Below are positions 11,067 through 19,151 of a stretch of 49,576 nt of DNA, in pieces. The notes under the pieces are model-generated. The model saw only the letters and a list, made by a program, of their open reading frames with translations. It was not told the DNA's origin and made no database searches. A program made the translations under genes and the position numbers. The stretch lies in assembly GCA_043777275.1 (NCBI GenBank), contig JAYVQD010000473.1, positions 1 through 49,576 of the forward strand. Reading direction: 5' to 3'. The stretch is from Nitrosomonadales bacterium. GTDB lineage: Bacteria; Pseudomonadota; Gammaproteobacteria; Burkholderiales; SG8-41. Each line of letters begins with the position of its first letter. Position 1 is the first letter of the stretch.

Positions 11067-11455
11067 TGTGGTTTGTGGCGTCGTGGCGGGACAAACCAGA
11101 ACGTTGCCGCAACCACCAGCGCGAACGCCACATACATCACCGTGAACACCCATTCAGGAAGCTGGAAGAACATCAGTTGATGCACCCAGCGCGCGATGAA
11201 ACTTTTGTCGCTGACTGCGCCGCCGGCTGTGCTACGCAAGGCGTCCTCCCATTCAGTGAGTGGACACACGATGCCGAGCAGTGCTTCGCTGGCGACGAAA
11301 ACGATTGCGGCCAGATGCGCCGCGCGAAACCAGAAATTGCGCACCCACTGCCAGCTTGCTGCGTAACCGATCCAGATCAGTGCGAGTCCGCCCACCACAA
11401 ACAGCACGAATGCGAAGTGAACGATAAGAATAATATCAGCGGCGAACGTATGCAT
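11063..11455 (-). CDS. DUF2784-like small membrane protein (130 aa)
   Basis: Four hydrophobic segments and a CPLTEWE motif typical of DUF2784. It lies 30 nt downstream of the patatin gene on the same strand. Confidence 0.65.
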   Translation of the reverse strand: MHTFAADIILIVHFAFVLFVVGGLALIWIGYAASWQWVRNFWFRAAHLAAIVFVASEALLGIVCPLTEWEDALRSTAGGAVSDKSFIARWVHQLMFFQLPEWVFTVMYVAFALVVAATFWFVPPRRHKPH

Positions 11456-11485
11456 TGATTAGTGGCCGCACAGTGTCAGCCAGTG

Positions 11486-14407
11486 TCAGGTGGCCTCTGC
11501 GCACAACACCTTAACGATGTTGGGATGATGCTTCACCCAGGCCGACGCGGAAAGGTAGCCGAGTTTGCGATAACTTTCGAACTGCGCTTCGTCGAACCAC
11601 TGATCGGAGGTGGGGTCCTGCGGGAATTTGGGGTTGATGCGCGCGTAGGAGTCAATCTCCGCCGGCTCACTGTCGGTGAGTACCGGCTTGAGATACACCA
11701 GAATGCCCGGCGTTGCGTTTTTGTTATCGGGATCATAATGAATTTTACCAATGGCAAATTGCCGTTGGGCCCGGCCATTGGGGCCTGCGCGCAACGGCGC
11801 CACATCAATCTCGATTTCGACGTTGAAATCCACGTAGCAGCGGCGAATCGCGTTGGCGAGATCGGCGAATTCCCACCTCGGATCCGCCCCGGCGTCGGTC
11901 ACCACAATGACGCGGCAGCGCCGCCGTATCAACTCGTAAATCGCCAGATTCTCAAAATGCCCGCCGTCGCTCAGGTAGACGAAATCCGAATCGAGACTTG
12001 ACGATCCGGTGACCTCCTGCAAAAGATAAAACAGATTCGGCTTGGGATCCCGCCGATGCCACGCGCGCCCGCACGGATTGCCCACCCACGCACCCAGACG
12101 AAAATTCGCCACCGCGAGCAGGAACGCCGTTGCCCGCGAGCCATAAAATCCCATCTTGGGGCTGGCTGCGGCGCAAGACACCGCCATCGCGCGTCCGAGG
12201 CTGATGCCGCCTGGCTCGTCTGCGGCGGCATAGGCGCTGGTACGCCGGAACGCTTCACCGCGCGCACCAGGTCCTGCGGCATAGCCACAGTAATTGGGTG
12301 TGAAAACGAAGGATACCGCCTTGCGGCCCGCGCCAATCTGCCCGGACAAATCTTCGACGTTGAGCGCTGCATTGATAATCGGGTAGGGCCGATGGTCCAG
12401 TTGGGCCATCGGCAAATCGTCGCCCGCCATATCCGCAAAAAATCCGATCTTGCGCCGGTGAGCCGAGCGCACTCGCAGGTAGCAGCGCGTGATGCGTTCC
12501 TGATAAGCGTGATGCAGTGAAAATAAATTAACTTTGAGCTGACTGCCCAGATACAGCAATGCAAGCGCCAATGCCGCCGCAATGGCGAGCGACATCAGCA
12601 GATAGTCTCCCCACTGCGTCGGCCAAATATCCTCGATTGCCCACGGATTGGGCCATGCGAAGTTTGTGCTTAGCGGGAAGAAGGAATACCAGATCAAGGC
12701 CTCACTGTTGGTGAGCCTTCCGCCATGGTCACTGAGTGCGCCACAGCACCACACTGAAAAGCGGGATATCGCGTCCGGGATTCCCATGGATTTGCTCACG
12801 CCGTAAAGCTGCACGAACCATTCCCTGAATAGCCATGAAGCGCCGAGCAACAGGCCGATCATGAAAATGTAAGGGGCACTTTGCGCCAGGAGTCGGCGCA
12901 GCCGTTCCGCTATCGCGCTTTGCGCCGTGCCGGCGCGTGCCGCGAACACGCCGCCTACAGTACCGGCGAGCCAGGACGGAAGCGCTACGTGTGTGGAGAT
13001 CAACGCTTCGAACACGCTCGGGCCGTTGATCGCCAAACCGAAAAATACCAGCCACGCCAGAATCGCGAGGTTGAAACCCCCGCCCATACGGCTCCACCAT
13101 GCGTGCTCTTCGGCGCTGAGCGAACGGCCGCGCAGCCCGATCCACACGGTTTGCGCAATCAAACATTGAATGACAATCAGTGGCGTACCCAGCCACACCA
13201 GCATCCACGGATTGCCGAGTTGGTACGAATTTTCGAGCAACGGGACGGTGGATGTCAGCATGGCGGCGAGCAGGAGACTGCTCGCCACGAGTGCGCCAAG
13301 CCGCACCGGTGAACTGCCCTGGACGCCCGCGACCGCGCTGCGCGCAAAGTAAATGGTGAGGGGAATCAGCACGAACAGTGCCAGGCCATAGGTCGTGGCC
13401 TCGGCCCAGGTGTGGCCGCTTCCGGTGAGCGCGAATATGGCGGCGACGGTGCTTGCCAGCAACATGAACACCACACAAAACAAACGCGGGTCAACGATTA
13501 GAATATAACCGAATACCGTGACCGCGACCGCGATTTGCGTAGTGCCCAGCCCCACGGCCGTATCCGCAGCAGTCCAAAGCGCGAGACACACCAGCGCATT
13601 GCACACCAACATGGTCAGTGGCAACACTATCACATAATAATGCGTATTTTGCGCGTCAACTTTAGACAATGGCCAGCACGCGCCCGAACCTCGTGCCGCA
13701 TTTAACGCGCGCCCCGAAATCAGTGCGAGCAAGCCTATTCCCACGACAGCGCCCGCGATGCTCCACAACGGGTTCGGTTGTAACGACCACATGCCGACGC
13801 CGCCCCAGACCAACGCCTGCACCACCGCCATGGCCAGAAACAGCGCCAACAGGATGGTGATCAGGTTGAGCAGCAGGTTGCGCACAAAGGTGGAAACGAA
13901 GCTGGAAATGTCGAGATTGAGTGTCTTGAAACTGGGGAATACCGAACTGGACCAGTCGCGCACGAAGCGCACAGCATCGTCTTCTTTTGTTTTGTTTGCG
14001 ATGCGCGCCGCGACACGCTCCGTGGCAGTGGAATCGCCTTCCGCTTGATTGCGTTCCTCACGAATTTGCGCCGCGAGCCAGCCACCGGTGAAACCGCCGC
14101 CGGAGACCGTGGACAGATAGTCGAACTTCGTCAGCAGTCCATGCTCCGCCAGCGCTTGTGCAACACCCAGTGCGTAGCTGCCGCTACGTGTGCCGCCACC
14201 GGAAAACGCCAGAGCGGTCAAGGATGCTTCGGTCGCGCGTTGCGCGCTGGACGGGGGCGTAGCGTTCGTAGAGGCCGCAGGCGCCGCGCAGGGCGAACCC
14301 CGCAGCAAAGCAATTTCTTCGGACAACACTTGATCGAAGGCAACGCAAGGAGCATCGTCGGGCAGCCGGCCGAGTAGCTTGTCCCAAAGTTTACGTATGA
14401 ATCCCAT
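11486..14407 (-). CDS. Patatin-like phospholipase whose catalytic domain is split by a large polytopic membrane insertion (973 aa)
   Basis: Oxyanion motif SGGGTRS at about aa 69-75 and nucleophile elbow STVSGGG with Ser at about aa 102 (14104..14102). About a dozen hydrophobic helices span roughly aa 160-640. The catalytic Asp motif SDGGHFENL has Asp at about aa 814 (11968..11966). Confidence 0.8.
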   Translation of the reverse strand: MGFIRKLWDKLLGRLPDDAPCVAFDQVLSEEIALLRGSPCAAPAASTNATPPSSAQRATEASLTALAFSGGGTRSGSYALGVAQALAEHGLLTKFDYLSTVSGGGFTGGWLAAQIREERNQAEGDSTATERVAARIANKTKEDDAVRFVRDWSSSVFPSFKTLNLDISSFVSTFVRNLLLNLITILLALFLAMAVVQALVWGGVGMWSLQPNPLWSIAGAVVGIGLLALISGRALNAARGSGACWPLSKVDAQNTHYYVIVLPLTMLVCNALVCLALWTAADTAVGLGTTQIAVAVTVFGYILIVDPRLFCVVFMLLASTVAAIFALTGSGHTWAEATTYGLALFVLIPLTIYFARSAVAGVQGSSPVRLGALVASSLLLAAMLTSTVPLLENSYQLGNPWMLVWLGTPLIVIQCLIAQTVWIGLRGRSLSAEEHAWWSRMGGGFNLAILAWLVFFGLAINGPSVFEALISTHVALPSWLAGTVGGVFAARAGTAQSAIAERLRRLLAQSAPYIFMIGLLLGASWLFREWFVQLYGVSKSMGIPDAISRFSVWCCGALSDHGGRLTNSEALIWYSFFPLSTNFAWPNPWAIEDIWPTQWGDYLLMSLAIAAALALALLYLGSQLKVNLFSLHHAYQERITRCYLRVRSAHRRKIGFFADMAGDDLPMAQLDHRPYPIINAALNVEDLSGQIGAGRKAVSFVFTPNYCGYAAGPGARGEAFRRTSAYAAADEPGGISLGRAMAVSCAAASPKMGFYGSRATAFLLAVANFRLGAWVGNPCGRAWHRRDPKPNLFYLLQEVTGSSSLDSDFVYLSDGGHFENLAIYELIRRRCRVIVVTDAGADPRWEFADLANAIRRCYVDFNVEIEIDVAPLRAGPNGRAQRQFAIGKIHYDPDNKNATPGILVYLKPVLTDSEPAEIDSYARINPKFPQDPTSDQWFDEAQFESYRKLGYLSASAWVKHHPNIVKVLCAEAT

Positions 14408-14419
14408 AATCGCCCCTGG

Positions 14420-16225
14420 TCAATGTCCTCGCGCGAGCGTCGCGCGGATGCACTCGCGCAAGTCTTCGGGTAACACGGGTTTGAGCAGAAATTCAAAGTT
14501 GTCCGCGCGCGCTAGATTGCTGAGATCGGGCGTAATGCTTCCGGTGACCAGTATCGCGCGTATTTCCGGATCGAGTTCCTGGCGTAATCGCTGTGCAACC
14601 TGGATACCGTTTTCGCCGTCGCCGAGCCGGTAATCCACGATCAGCAGGTCGGGCATGCGTTCAGTCTGGTATACCGCTTCGAGCACGTCGTCGCCGGTGG
14701 CGGAGCCGATGACCTCGGCACCCCAGCCCGACAGCAGCGCCTTCATGCCGTCGACAATCGATTCTTCGTCATCGATAACGACAATCAGCTTGCCCGAAAG
14801 GTCGGTGGGTGAGGACAGTGCCGCGCGCACGCTGGGCGCGTTCGGCGCTTGCAGTTCACCCAGCGGCACGTCGAAGCTGAACACGGAACCCTGACCTGCC
14901 GCCGATTCGAGATGCATGGTATATCCGAGCAATTCGCACATGCGCTGGACGATGGACAAACCCAATCCCAAGCCCTTTTTACTGGTGCGGCCAGGGTTGC
15001 CGACCTGAAAGAACTCATCGAAGATGCGCTGCTGATGTTCGAGCGGAATGCCGATACCCGTGTCGCGCACCGCTATGCGCAACCGATCGTCGGTGCGTGC
15101 CAGCGTTAGGACAATCTTGCCGGCGGGCGTGTAGCGGATGGCGTTGCTGATCAGATTGCGCAGGATACGTTCCAGCAGCACTGCGTCGCTATGGATAATG
15201 TGTGCTTCAGTGCTCACCTCCAGTTGGAGCCCCTTGGCAGCGGTTTCCACAGTGAATTCCGCGCGCAGTCGCGCGAGCAACTCCTGGATCGCGAAACCGC
15301 CGAGTTTTGGCTTGATGACGCCTGAATCCAGTTTCGAGATGTCGAGCAGCTCATTGAACAAGGCTTCGAGCGAATGAACTGAGGCATTGATACTGCCCAC
15401 GATGCTCGCCACTTCAGGGTAACGGACTTTTTCGGCCAGCGCGGCGGCAAACAACCCCATGGCGTGCAGCGGCTGGCGCAGATCATGGCTGGCGGCGGCA
15501 AAGAATTGCGTTTTTGCACGGTTCGCCTGTTCGGCCTCAACGCGCGCCGCTTCGAGATCCGCATTCTGCTCAACCAGCTTGTCGGCGAGGATTTCTTTCT
15601 CGAGCCGGTTGCGTAACGATTCTGCCAGCATTTGATGGTAGTTGCGGCCAAACGCCACGTAACCTATGGTTACCATGCTCATGATGACGCTGATGGTGAT
15701 ATGCACCACGTCGCCTTCCATGAGATTGCGCACGATAAAGGGCAGCAGCGCCGGCAGCACAAAGGCGTAGAACGCAGGCATGTGAGCGCCGAGCATCGGA
15801 CCGCCTGCTGCGGCAGCGCCGAATACCACTATCGCCAGCAGTGCCTGATACGCGTCATGCCCCGATACAAAGAACACGAACGCCGTCGAGCCCCATAAGG
15901 CGCCCGATATGAATGCGCCACCCGTCCAGATGAGCGCCGCCCGGTCAACATTCGCGTTAACGAAACCCTTGTTGAGATCGTGGAAGTAGAGGAGTAGTCG
16001 CGACAATTGAATGAGGAAGATGCAGGCAAGCCACGCGGCGATAGTTCCCCATGGCCGTTCGCCGATGAGGGCTGTAGACAGCACGCATGCGCCTGCCACG
16101 TTGCCGGCAATGGATCGCGGCAATTGCTGATAGAGCATACGAACCTGTTCCGCGCGAATCAGCTCATCAAGCTTCGTTCTTACGCGCGGGTTCAAAATCG
16201 TTCCTAATATTTGCGCTTTGCTCAT
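14420..16225 (-). CDS. Hybrid sensor histidine kinase / response regulator with N-terminal multi-TM sensor
   Basis: H-box FFAAASHDLRQPLH, an HATPase region (DTGIGIP, GLGLGLSIV) and a C-terminal receiver (LIVVIDDEE...LLIVDYRL). The N-terminal 200 aa are hydrophobic. Confidence 0.9.
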   Translation of the reverse strand: MSKAQILGTILNPRVRTKLDELIRAEQVRMLYQQLPRSIAGNVAGACVLSTALIGERPWGTIAAWLACIFLIQLSRLLLYFHDLNKGFVNANVDRAALIWTGGAFISGALWGSTAFVFFVSGHDAYQALLAIVVFGAAAAGGPMLGAHMPAFYAFVLPALLPFIVRNLMEGDVVHITISVIMSMVTIGYVAFGRNYHQMLAESLRNRLEKEILADKLVEQNADLEAARVEAEQANRAKTQFFAAASHDLRQPLHAMGLFAAALAEKVRYPEVASIVGSINASVHSLEALFNELLDISKLDSGVIKPKLGGFAIQELLARLRAEFTVETAAKGLQLEVSTEAHIIHSDAVLLERILRNLISNAIRYTPAGKIVLTLARTDDRLRIAVRDTGIGIPLEHQQRIFDEFFQVGNPGRTSKKGLGLGLSIVQRMCELLGYTMHLESAAGQGSVFSFDVPLGELQAPNAPSVRAALSSPTDLSGKLIVVIDDEESIVDGMKALLSGWGAEVIGSATGDDVLEAVYQTERMPDLLIVDYRLGDGENGIQVAQRLRQELDPEIRAILVTGSITPDLSNLARADNFEFLLKPVLPEDLRECIRATLARGH

Positions 16226-16416
16226 GCGGGAATTTGCTCCGGGTTGGCGTCCGATGCATGGGTCGTTGCTGTGGCGATCGGCCAGACTGTGGGTGTGGCT
16301 ACTTTCCGTTGGCGTACGTTGACGAGGATGGCGCCGGCCTGCGGCTGCATCGACAAGCAGTGTTTGCGGCCACGACGATGATAGTCCACGAAGACGGAAA
16401 TGATCCCGGCTCTCAT
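16222..16416 (-). CDS. Possible small protein (64 aa) translationally coupled to the kinase gene
   Basis: Its TGA overlaps the kinase ATG (ATGA at 16225..16222). Third positions are G/C-rich and AGGGGG lies just upstream of the ATG. I recognised no family. Confidence 0.3.
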   Translation of the reverse strand: MRAGIISVFVDYHRRGRKHCLSMQPQAGAILVNVRQRKVATPTVWPIATATTHASDANPEQIPA

Positions 16417-16467
16417 GCGCCCCCTATCTGCGGCTGATTCCTGCCGCCGCTGTTTAAGTCGCCCGCT

Positions 16468-17166
16468 TCACGGGGCCGACAGCTTCAATCCCAGTTTACC
16501 GACGGCGATCACGGCCTGCGTGCGATTGTTGACGTTGAGTGAACGCAGAATCCCGCTGATGTGAGTTTTAATCGTGCCTTCCGCGAGGTTCAACGCCCGG
16601 CAGATGAGTTTGTTAGGTTTACCCTGCACCAGCAGTGACAACACCTGCCCCTGGCGTTCGGTCAGCCCCAAGTCGCGGTAGGTGACCTCGGGTTGCGCGA
16701 CGCCCGGATCCGCCGGCGGATGCGGGTGTGCTGCTGTCGACTGGCGCAGCACGTCAGCGGGCAGATACACGCCACCGGCCAGCACCAGGCGCAATGCACC
16801 CAGCAACACGTCATTCGACGACGTTTTGGGAATGAATCCCATGGCGCCGTCGTCCAGTGCGCGCATCACACTTGCCGCATCGTCCGTGGCCGACAGCACC
16901 ACCACGGGCATGCCGGCGTGCTGTTCGCGCAACTGGTGCAGCACTTCAAAACCGTTGGCGTCCGGCAGGGACAGATCAAGCAGCACCAGGTTCAAGTCAG
17001 GGTTTTCCGACGCCGCGATCAGGGTTTCCTGCGCATTGGCGGCAGTCAGTAAATCCAATTCAGGATCGAGCACCTTGAGCACCTGGCGCAACGCGTCACG
17101 GATTAGTGGATGGTCATCAACCGCAAGTATCTTCACCGGCCCCTCACTTTGGTAGTGGATAGACAT
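16468..17166 (-). CDS. NarL/LuxR-family response regulator
   Basis: Receiver domain (ILAVDDHPLIRDAL, VLLDLSLPD) plus a C-terminal LuxR HTH (LTERQGQVLSLLVQGKPNKLICRALNLAEGTIKTHISGILRSLNVNNR). Confidence 0.9.
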   Translation of the reverse strand: MSIHYQSEGPVKILAVDDHPLIRDALRQVLKVLDPELDLLTAANAQETLIAASENPDLNLVLLDLSLPDANGFEVLHQLREQHAGMPVVVLSATDDAASVMRALDDGAMGFIPKTSSNDVLLGALRLVLAGGVYLPADVLRQSTAAHPHPPADPGVAQPEVTYRDLGLTERQGQVLSLLVQGKPNKLICRALNLAEGTIKTHISGILRSLNVNNRTQAVIAVGKLGLKLSAP

Positions 17167-17235
17167 CCCGGAGCAACCCCTAGGCCCTTAGTCGCAGTCC
17201 AGTGTATTACAAATACGTTATAGATTGTAATTACC

Positions 17236-17260
17236 ATAACTATTTGTTTTTAAAAAGAAT
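17236..17260 (+). repeat. AT-rich motif copy c (ATAACTATTTGTTTTTAAAAAGAAT)
   Basis: The 16-nt core TAACTATTTGTTTTTA is shared with the other copies. It lies in the divergent promoter region between the response regulator gene and the small-ORF cluster. Confidence 0.7.
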
Positions 17261-17274
17261 AATTATTGGTTGAG

Positions 17275-17290
17275 TGTGACGTTTGTCACA
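17275..17290. promoter_or_regulatory. CRP/Vfr-type binding site TGTGA-N6-TCACA
   Basis: TGTGACGTTTGTCACA has perfect consensus half-sites. It is centred about 130 nt upstream of the ATG at 17412 and about 115 nt upstream of the response regulator start. Confidence 0.45.
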
Positions 17291-17411
17291 ATGCGCTAAT
17301 CCTTTTGGCTGATACCGCAGCCCCTGCTTTTTCCCCACAATAGCCCCACAGAAGATCAACCGGATTTCTTTCGCAACCGCAACCGAGGCACTACGGCATA
17401 AGGAGACAGCC

Positions 17412-17549
17412 ATGACTAGCCAAAAAACGCGCTACGACCTATTTGACTCGCCGCATCGGTCGCAGCGCGGTGTGTTTTTCAAGGTGCAGGCCATCGCCGA
17501 ATATTCCGATGCGCGGCTGCGACGGTTGCTTTTCGCGCGGCACTCATAA
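17412..17549 (+). CDS. Possible 45-codon small ORF / leader peptide
   Basis: AGGAGA lies 5 nt upstream of the ATG. Translation is MTSQKTRYDLFDSPHRSQRGVFFKVQAIAEYSDARLRRLLFARHS. It falls below the ORF-track length cut-off and shows no recognisable family. Confidence 0.3.
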   Translation: MTSQKTRYDLFDSPHRSQRGVFFKVQAIAEYSDARLRRLLFARHS

Positions 17550-17604
17550 TCCTTTTATTTCCCTTCATTTTCCTCTTAGTCCGGCGTTTGCAACGGAGGT
17601 CACC

Positions 17605-17793
17605 ATGCTAACCGAACACGAAAAAGAGCAACTGATGCACGACTATCAACGTGAGCCCGCGTCGGTTGCCGGCCTATTGCTGACCTGCGCCGGGGGCTTA
17701 CTGATGGTGTGGGTCCTGGCACTGGTCGGGCTCGACATAATCGGGTTATCCAATGCGCCGACGACGACGCAAGCAGCGAACACGGCCCGCTGA
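17605..17793 (+). CDS. Small single-TM protein (62 aa), paralogue 1
   Basis: GGAGG lies 5 nt upstream of the ATG. Translation is MLTEHEKEQLMHDYQREPASVAGLLLTCAGGLLMVWVLALVGL..., and it aligns with the next gene product. Confidence 0.5.
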   Translation: MLTEHEKEQLMHDYQREPASVAGLLLTCAGGLLMVWVLALVGLDIIGLSNAPTTTQAANTAR

Positions 17794-17803
17794 AATCCCT
17801 GTG

Positions 17804-18115
17804 ATGAACCCCGATCAAAAACAAACACTGATGGATGTCGTGCGCGAAGAATCGATGCGCGTCGCCGGCGCCCTGCTTAAAAGCGCCGTGGGGCTGCTGT
17901 TCATGCTAGGGTTGGTGGGGATCGGCTCGATAACCGGTTTACGCGAAAACACCGTTGCGCCAGTGGCGGTCATTTCGCCAGTAGCGGTAATAGCAGCCGG
18001 TGATGCCGCGAAGGTTGTTCGGATGGTGAGGGACGAATCCGTGGTGCTGGCGCGGTTCGATAGAGTGCTTAACAAACACGTGATGCCGGTCGGCGTCGAA
18101 CCCTCGAACCGATAG
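17804..18115 (+). CDS. Small single-TM protein (103 aa), paralogue 2
   Basis: MNPDQKQTLMDVVREESMRVAGALLKSAVGLLFMLGLVGIG... shares the pattern Q.LM....RE....VAG.LL..A.GLL with the preceding ORF. It starts 11 nt after that ORF's stop. Confidence 0.5.
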   Translation: MNPDQKQTLMDVVREESMRVAGALLKSAVGLLFMLGLVGIGSITGLRENTVAPVAVISPVAVIAAGDAAKVVRMVRDESVVLARFDRVLNKHVMPVGVEPSNR

Positions 18116-18149
18116 AACGTTTTTGGGCCGGTGTCCGGCGCGCGCCGGA

Positions 18150-19010
18150 TCAGGCGGCGCCGGTCGCCACAGGCCGCTTGCGGTCGCTCACCCACTCACT
18201 CCACGAGCCGGGATACAGGCGCGAGCCCCCAAGGCCCGCGACTTCCATCGCCAGCAGATTGTGGCAGGCGGTGACACCAGAGCCGCACTGATGCACGACA
18301 CTGGCGGGTGCGTGCGCATGGATTACCGACGCGAATTCGCTTTTCAGTGTGGCCGCTGACTTAAAGCGGCCGTCTTCCGCGAGATTGTTTTTGAAGAATC
18401 GATTGATCGCGCCCGGGATATGCCCGGCCACCGGATCCAGTGTTTCGTTTTCGCCGCGGAAACGGTCGGGGCTGCGCGCATCAACCACACATACTTTTTG
18501 GCCGCTTAAGTTGCTGACGATCAACGCGGTGTCAGCCGCCGATTGCGGACTCGGATTGGGATTGTAGGTTGTGGGTTTGATGACGGGCAGTTCGGCGGTG
18601 ACGCGATGCCCGGCTTTAATCCACGCATCAAAACCGCCATCCAGCACCGCGGCCTGGGTGTGCCCGACCCAACGCAGCATCCACCACAGGCGCGAGGCGT
18701 AGACGCCACCCGCGCTATCGTAGGCGATGATTTGTTTGCTGTTGTCGATGCCGAGCGCGGCGAGCCGTAGCGTGAAGGTAATCGGATGCGGCAGCGGATG
18801 GCGGCCATTGATGCCGGTCTTGGGGCCGGACAGGTCTTCGTCGAGATGCAAAAAACGCGCGCCGGGGAGGTGCGATTGCGCGTAGGCACGGCGCCCGGCT
18901 TCGTAGTTTGCGAGATCATGACGGCAGTCGCACACGATCACGTTCGCGTCATTCAGATGCGCGGCAAGATCGGAAGCGGATATCAGCGTGGAAAATACCA
19001 TCGGGCTCAT
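18150..19010 (-). CDS. sseA: Tandem-rhodanese sulfurtransferase (3-mercaptopyruvate/thiosulfate sulfurtransferase type)
   Basis: Two rhodanese domains with active-site loop HQCGSGVTACH and PGSWSEW. The start is at 19010 (MSPMVFSTLIS), and the track ORF is over-extended. Confidence 0.85.
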   Translation of the reverse strand: MSPMVFSTLISASDLAAHLNDANVIVCDCRHDLANYEAGRRAYAQSHLPGARFLHLDEDLSGPKTGINGRHPLPHPITFTLRLAALGIDNSKQIIAYDSAGGVYASRLWWMLRWVGHTQAAVLDGGFDAWIKAGHRVTAELPVIKPTTYNPNPSPQSAADTALIVSNLSGQKVCVVDARSPDRFRGENETLDPVAGHIPGAINRFFKNNLAEDGRFKSAATLKSEFASVIHAHAPASVVHQCGSGVTACHNLLAMEVAGLGGSRLYPGSWSEWVSDRKRPVATGAA

Positions 19011-19126
19011 CGGATGCCTGGCTGCAAGGTGGCGCGGGTTGCAAAGGTAATCGAAAAAAAATCCGTTGCAAAGTGCTGCACGTGAAAAGGGCGGTAAGGC
19101 AACCACCCTAATTACCTTATCCGCCC

Positions 19127-19151
19127 GTAACTATTTGTTTTTATTGAGTAA
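19127..19151 (+). repeat. AT-rich motif copy d (GTAACTATTTGTTTTTATTGAGTAA)
   Basis: It abuts the stop codon (19152..19154) of the Rieske oxygenase gene in antisense orientation, and lies about 117 nt upstream of the sseA start. Confidence 0.85.

Noticed and set aside
18134-18149. A perfect 16-bp palindrome TCCGGCGCGCGCCGGA lies between the convergent small-TM gene and sseA, and was considered as a terminator.
   Set aside because: No U/T-run follows it on either strand, so I could not support calling it an intrinsic terminator. It may still pause or terminate transcription.
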